Positions 61,880 to 64,000 of a stretch of 64,000 nucleotides of DNA are shown piece by piece; within the stretch, counting starts at the first letter, position 1, and every line of letters starts with the position of its first letter. Below the pieces are notes generated by a model. It ran no database searches, had not been told where the DNA came from, and saw only the letters and a program-made list of their open reading frames with translations. The position numbers and the translations under genes are program-made. This stretch comes from Dictyostelium discoideum (taxonomy: Eukaryota). The stretch is taken from contig CM000155.2 of assembly GCA_000004695.1 (NCBI GenBank), forward strand, positions 2,272,001 to 2,336,000, written 5' to 3'.

Positions 61880-62492
61880 TTATTTAATTGTTTATTTGTT
61901 GCAATTATTGTGAAGTTGATTTAATAAATAATTCTTTGTGTAATTCAAGATTGGATTTGAGTGAGTTTTCATTAACACCACCTTTAATAAAAAATAAATG
62001 ATAGGGTAGGTTCAATTTTTTTATTATTTTTTTTTTTTTAATATTTTAAAAGATATACTTACTGAATTCAGACACTTTAGCTCCTTTTACGTAAAATTGG
62101 AATGTGGTAAACTTGAAATTGTTGATACTAATGGATGACCATTTGGTTGGTCAATGTCAACATGAAGGAAAGTATATGTTGTATATTCTTTTGAGAACTT
62201 TTTGAAAACTGGAGATATAAATCTACATGGCTAAAATTAAGAGTTAAAAAAAAAAAAAATTTATTTATTATCTATCTTGGAAATCTTTAATAAATTAATA
62301 CATACCACCTAAATAGATATTAACAATTTTAAAAGAAGGAAAAAAAAAACTATTATTAATTTATAGAAATTCATTATATTTCTTCTATAAATAAAAACTT
62401 ACACCATTCGGCACTAAAATCAATGGCTACTCTATCATCTTTCAAATGTTTATCTAATTCTTCATTAGATGAATATGAATTACTCTAGACAT
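61880..62492 (-). pseudogene. Thioredoxin pseudogene (tandem paralog of the intact copy downstream)
   Basis: Same 4-part structure as the intact copy, but exon 1 (62403-62492) has a 1-nt deletion (CAT ATT CA-TCT AAT versus CAT GTT ACA TCT AAT) giving MSRVIHIHLMKN*. Exon 3 (62063-62228) carries further indels that create an in-frame TAA (…SSLPHSNFT*). Confidence 0.6.
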
Positions 62493-62599
62493 TTTTAAAA
62501 AAATTATTTATTTGATTGTGTTATATATTAATGAGAAAATAATAATAATAATAATAAAATAATTAATGTGTTTTTTTTTTTTTTCAAAAGGTTATTTTT

Positions 62600-62646
<47 letters not shown>

Positions 62647-63003
62647 ATAATATAATAAAAACCCCAAATAATTTTATTGTAAGATGTCACATAGCATTTT
62701 TTTTCAAAATAATAACCTAATTGGTTAAAATAGATCTATGAGATAATGTTCAAAAAATCTGGATTAAAGGAAATTTTTTTTTTGGTAAATTTGGATTTAT
62801 AGGATGTGGGGGAGTTCAAACAAGGTGTTTTTTTTTTAATTATATGGTTTGTGTGTTGAATTTAAAATCAATTTTTAGTAAAGAAATTTTTTTTTTTTTT
62901 TTTAAAATATAAATTAAATAAAATAATTTGTGAATTATTTTTTTTTTTTTATTTATTTATTTAATTTGTTGCATTTTTTGTGCAATTATTAATTTAACAA
63001 AAA

Positions 63004-63053
63004 ATTATATGTTTGCTTCTAGAGTACTTCTTAGAGTTGCTTCATTGGCACCA
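63004..63053 (-). CDS. Thioredoxin, exon 4 (SGANEATLRSTLEANI*, includes stop)
   Basis: Acceptor aataaAG at 63055-63054. Total about 104 aa, the usual thioredoxin length. Confidence 0.65.
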
Positions 63054-63128
63054 CCTTTATTATTATTTAATAAAATAAAGATTAGCTTTAATTTTTGATT
63101 TTTTTAATATTTTAAAAGAAATACTTAC

Positions 63129-63297
63129 TGAATTCTGATACTTTAGCTCCATTTACGTAAAAATAGAATGTAGGAACACTTCTAATTTCTTTTACTATTG
63201 GATGAGTATTTACTTTATCAATGTCAACATGAACGAATGTAAATGTTGTAAATTCGTTTGAAAGCTTGTCAAATACCGGAGCTATTGCTCTACATGG
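63129..63297 (-). CDS. Thioredoxin, exon 3 ([56 protein letters not shown])
   Basis: Acceptor ttatTAG at 63300-63298. Donor GTAAGT at 63128-63123, phase 1. Confidence 0.7.
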
Positions 63298-63332
63298 CTA
63301 ATAAAATGAAAATTTTAATTATTAAATATATA

Positions 63333-63364
<32 letters not shown>

Positions 63365-63459
63365 CAAAAAAAACCTATATTTGTTTATTAACAAATTATA
63401 CATACACCTTTTAATTATAATTAAATTGGTAGGAAAAAAATATTAAAAATTATTAATGA

Positions 63460-63491
<32 letters not shown>

Positions 63492-63536
63492 TTATTCATT
63501 ATCTATTTCGAAATATCTATAATAAATTTTATACAT

Positions 63537-63541
63537 ACCAC
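63537..63541 (-). CDS. Thioredoxin, proposed 5-nt micro-exon GTGGT supplying (C)G of the WCGPC active site
   Basis: Preceded by the acceptor ctaatAG. Required to join TGG T (exon 1) to CCA TGT (exon 3) as W-C-G-P-C. Conserved in the pseudogene copy (62304-62308). The 3' boundary would be |ATGTAT, which is non-canonical. Confidence 0.35.
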
Positions 63542-63632
63542 CTATTAGATATAAACAATTTTAAAAGAAGGAAAAAAACTAATATTAATATAAAGAAATT
63601 CATTATATTTTCTTCTATAAACAAAAACTTAC

Positions 63633-63723
63633 ACCATTCAGCACTAAAGTCAACAACTACTCTTTGATGTTGCAAATATTTATCTAATTCTTCATTAGAT
63701 GTAACATGAATTACTTTGGACAT
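63633..63723 (-). CDS. Thioredoxin, exon 1 ([31 protein letters not shown]...)
   Basis: ATG at 63723-63721. Ends TGG T with donor GTAAGT at 63632-63627 (phase 1). The track ORF reads through the intron. Confidence 0.7.
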
Positions 63724-63951
63724 TTTTTTAAATAAATTATTTATTTGATTGTAATAGGAGGAAAAAAAAAAATAATAATAATCACAAAAATTATGTTTTT
63801 ATACTTTTTTTTTTAAAGAAGAATTAAAAAAAAAAAAATTAAAAAAAAAAAAAAATTAAAAAAAAAAAAAATTAAAAAAAAAAAAAACCCCAAAAATATA
63901 ATAAAGATATTGTATTTTGGGTTGAAAAAACTTTTGCAAGTAAACATTTCA

Positions 63952-63984
<33 letters not shown>

Positions 63985-64000
63985 ATAACCTGATTGGTAG

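Overview
This is AT-rich nuclear DNA (about 75-80% A+T) with coding islands, short GTAAGT/GTATGT...AG introns, poly-Asn/Gln (AAT/CAA) tracts and homopolymer-rich spacers, all typical of Dictyostelium discoideum; a CRISPR array is not expected in this genome and none is present. Gene content left to right: (1) a partial GH47 class-I alpha-1,2-mannosidase on the minus strand. (2) A 3-exon PTEN-like lipid phosphatase on the minus strand, carrying the HCKAGKGRTG P-loop and a C2 domain. (3) A 2-exon universal stress protein (UspA) gene on the plus strand. (4) The arrestin-domain/FYVE gene adcA on the minus strand, with the His-rich triple repeat and the Tyr-rich tail. (5) An ankyrin-repeat protein with a 55-codon perfect (AAT)n tract. 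(6) A nucleoside-diphosphate-kinase-like gene. (7) A 3-exon gene of unknown function. (8) A tRNA-Gln(UUG) gene plus a tRNA 3' fragment. (9) A 19-kb tandem cluster of seven paralogous minus-strand genes (14.3-33.4 kb) sharing an N-terminal 'FFKVFKNxYL...YNYYDFPLELxLKTKNQPLLIEK' module; three members are near-identical ~3-kb tandem duplicates. Two Class I ncRNA genes (DUSE box + CCTTACAGCAA motif + terminal stem) sit in the duplicated spacers. A degenerate Ty3/gypsy integrase remnant and an assembly gap truncate one member. (10) A 7-exon full-size ABCG/PDR transporter. (11) A 1677-aa secreted Cys-rich protein ending in a 7-TM module. (12) A ~3080-aa CHD chromatin remodeller (possibly chdC) with an apparent 1-nt frameshift in a Lys/Glu-rich tract and an unusual C-terminal array of ubiquitin-like folds. 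(13) A 3-exon S28 serine carboxypeptidase. (14) Two tandem thioredoxin genes, one intact and one pseudogenised. Both thioredoxin copies encode the WCGPC active site across a conserved 5-nt micro-exon whose 3' boundary does not fit GT-AG.
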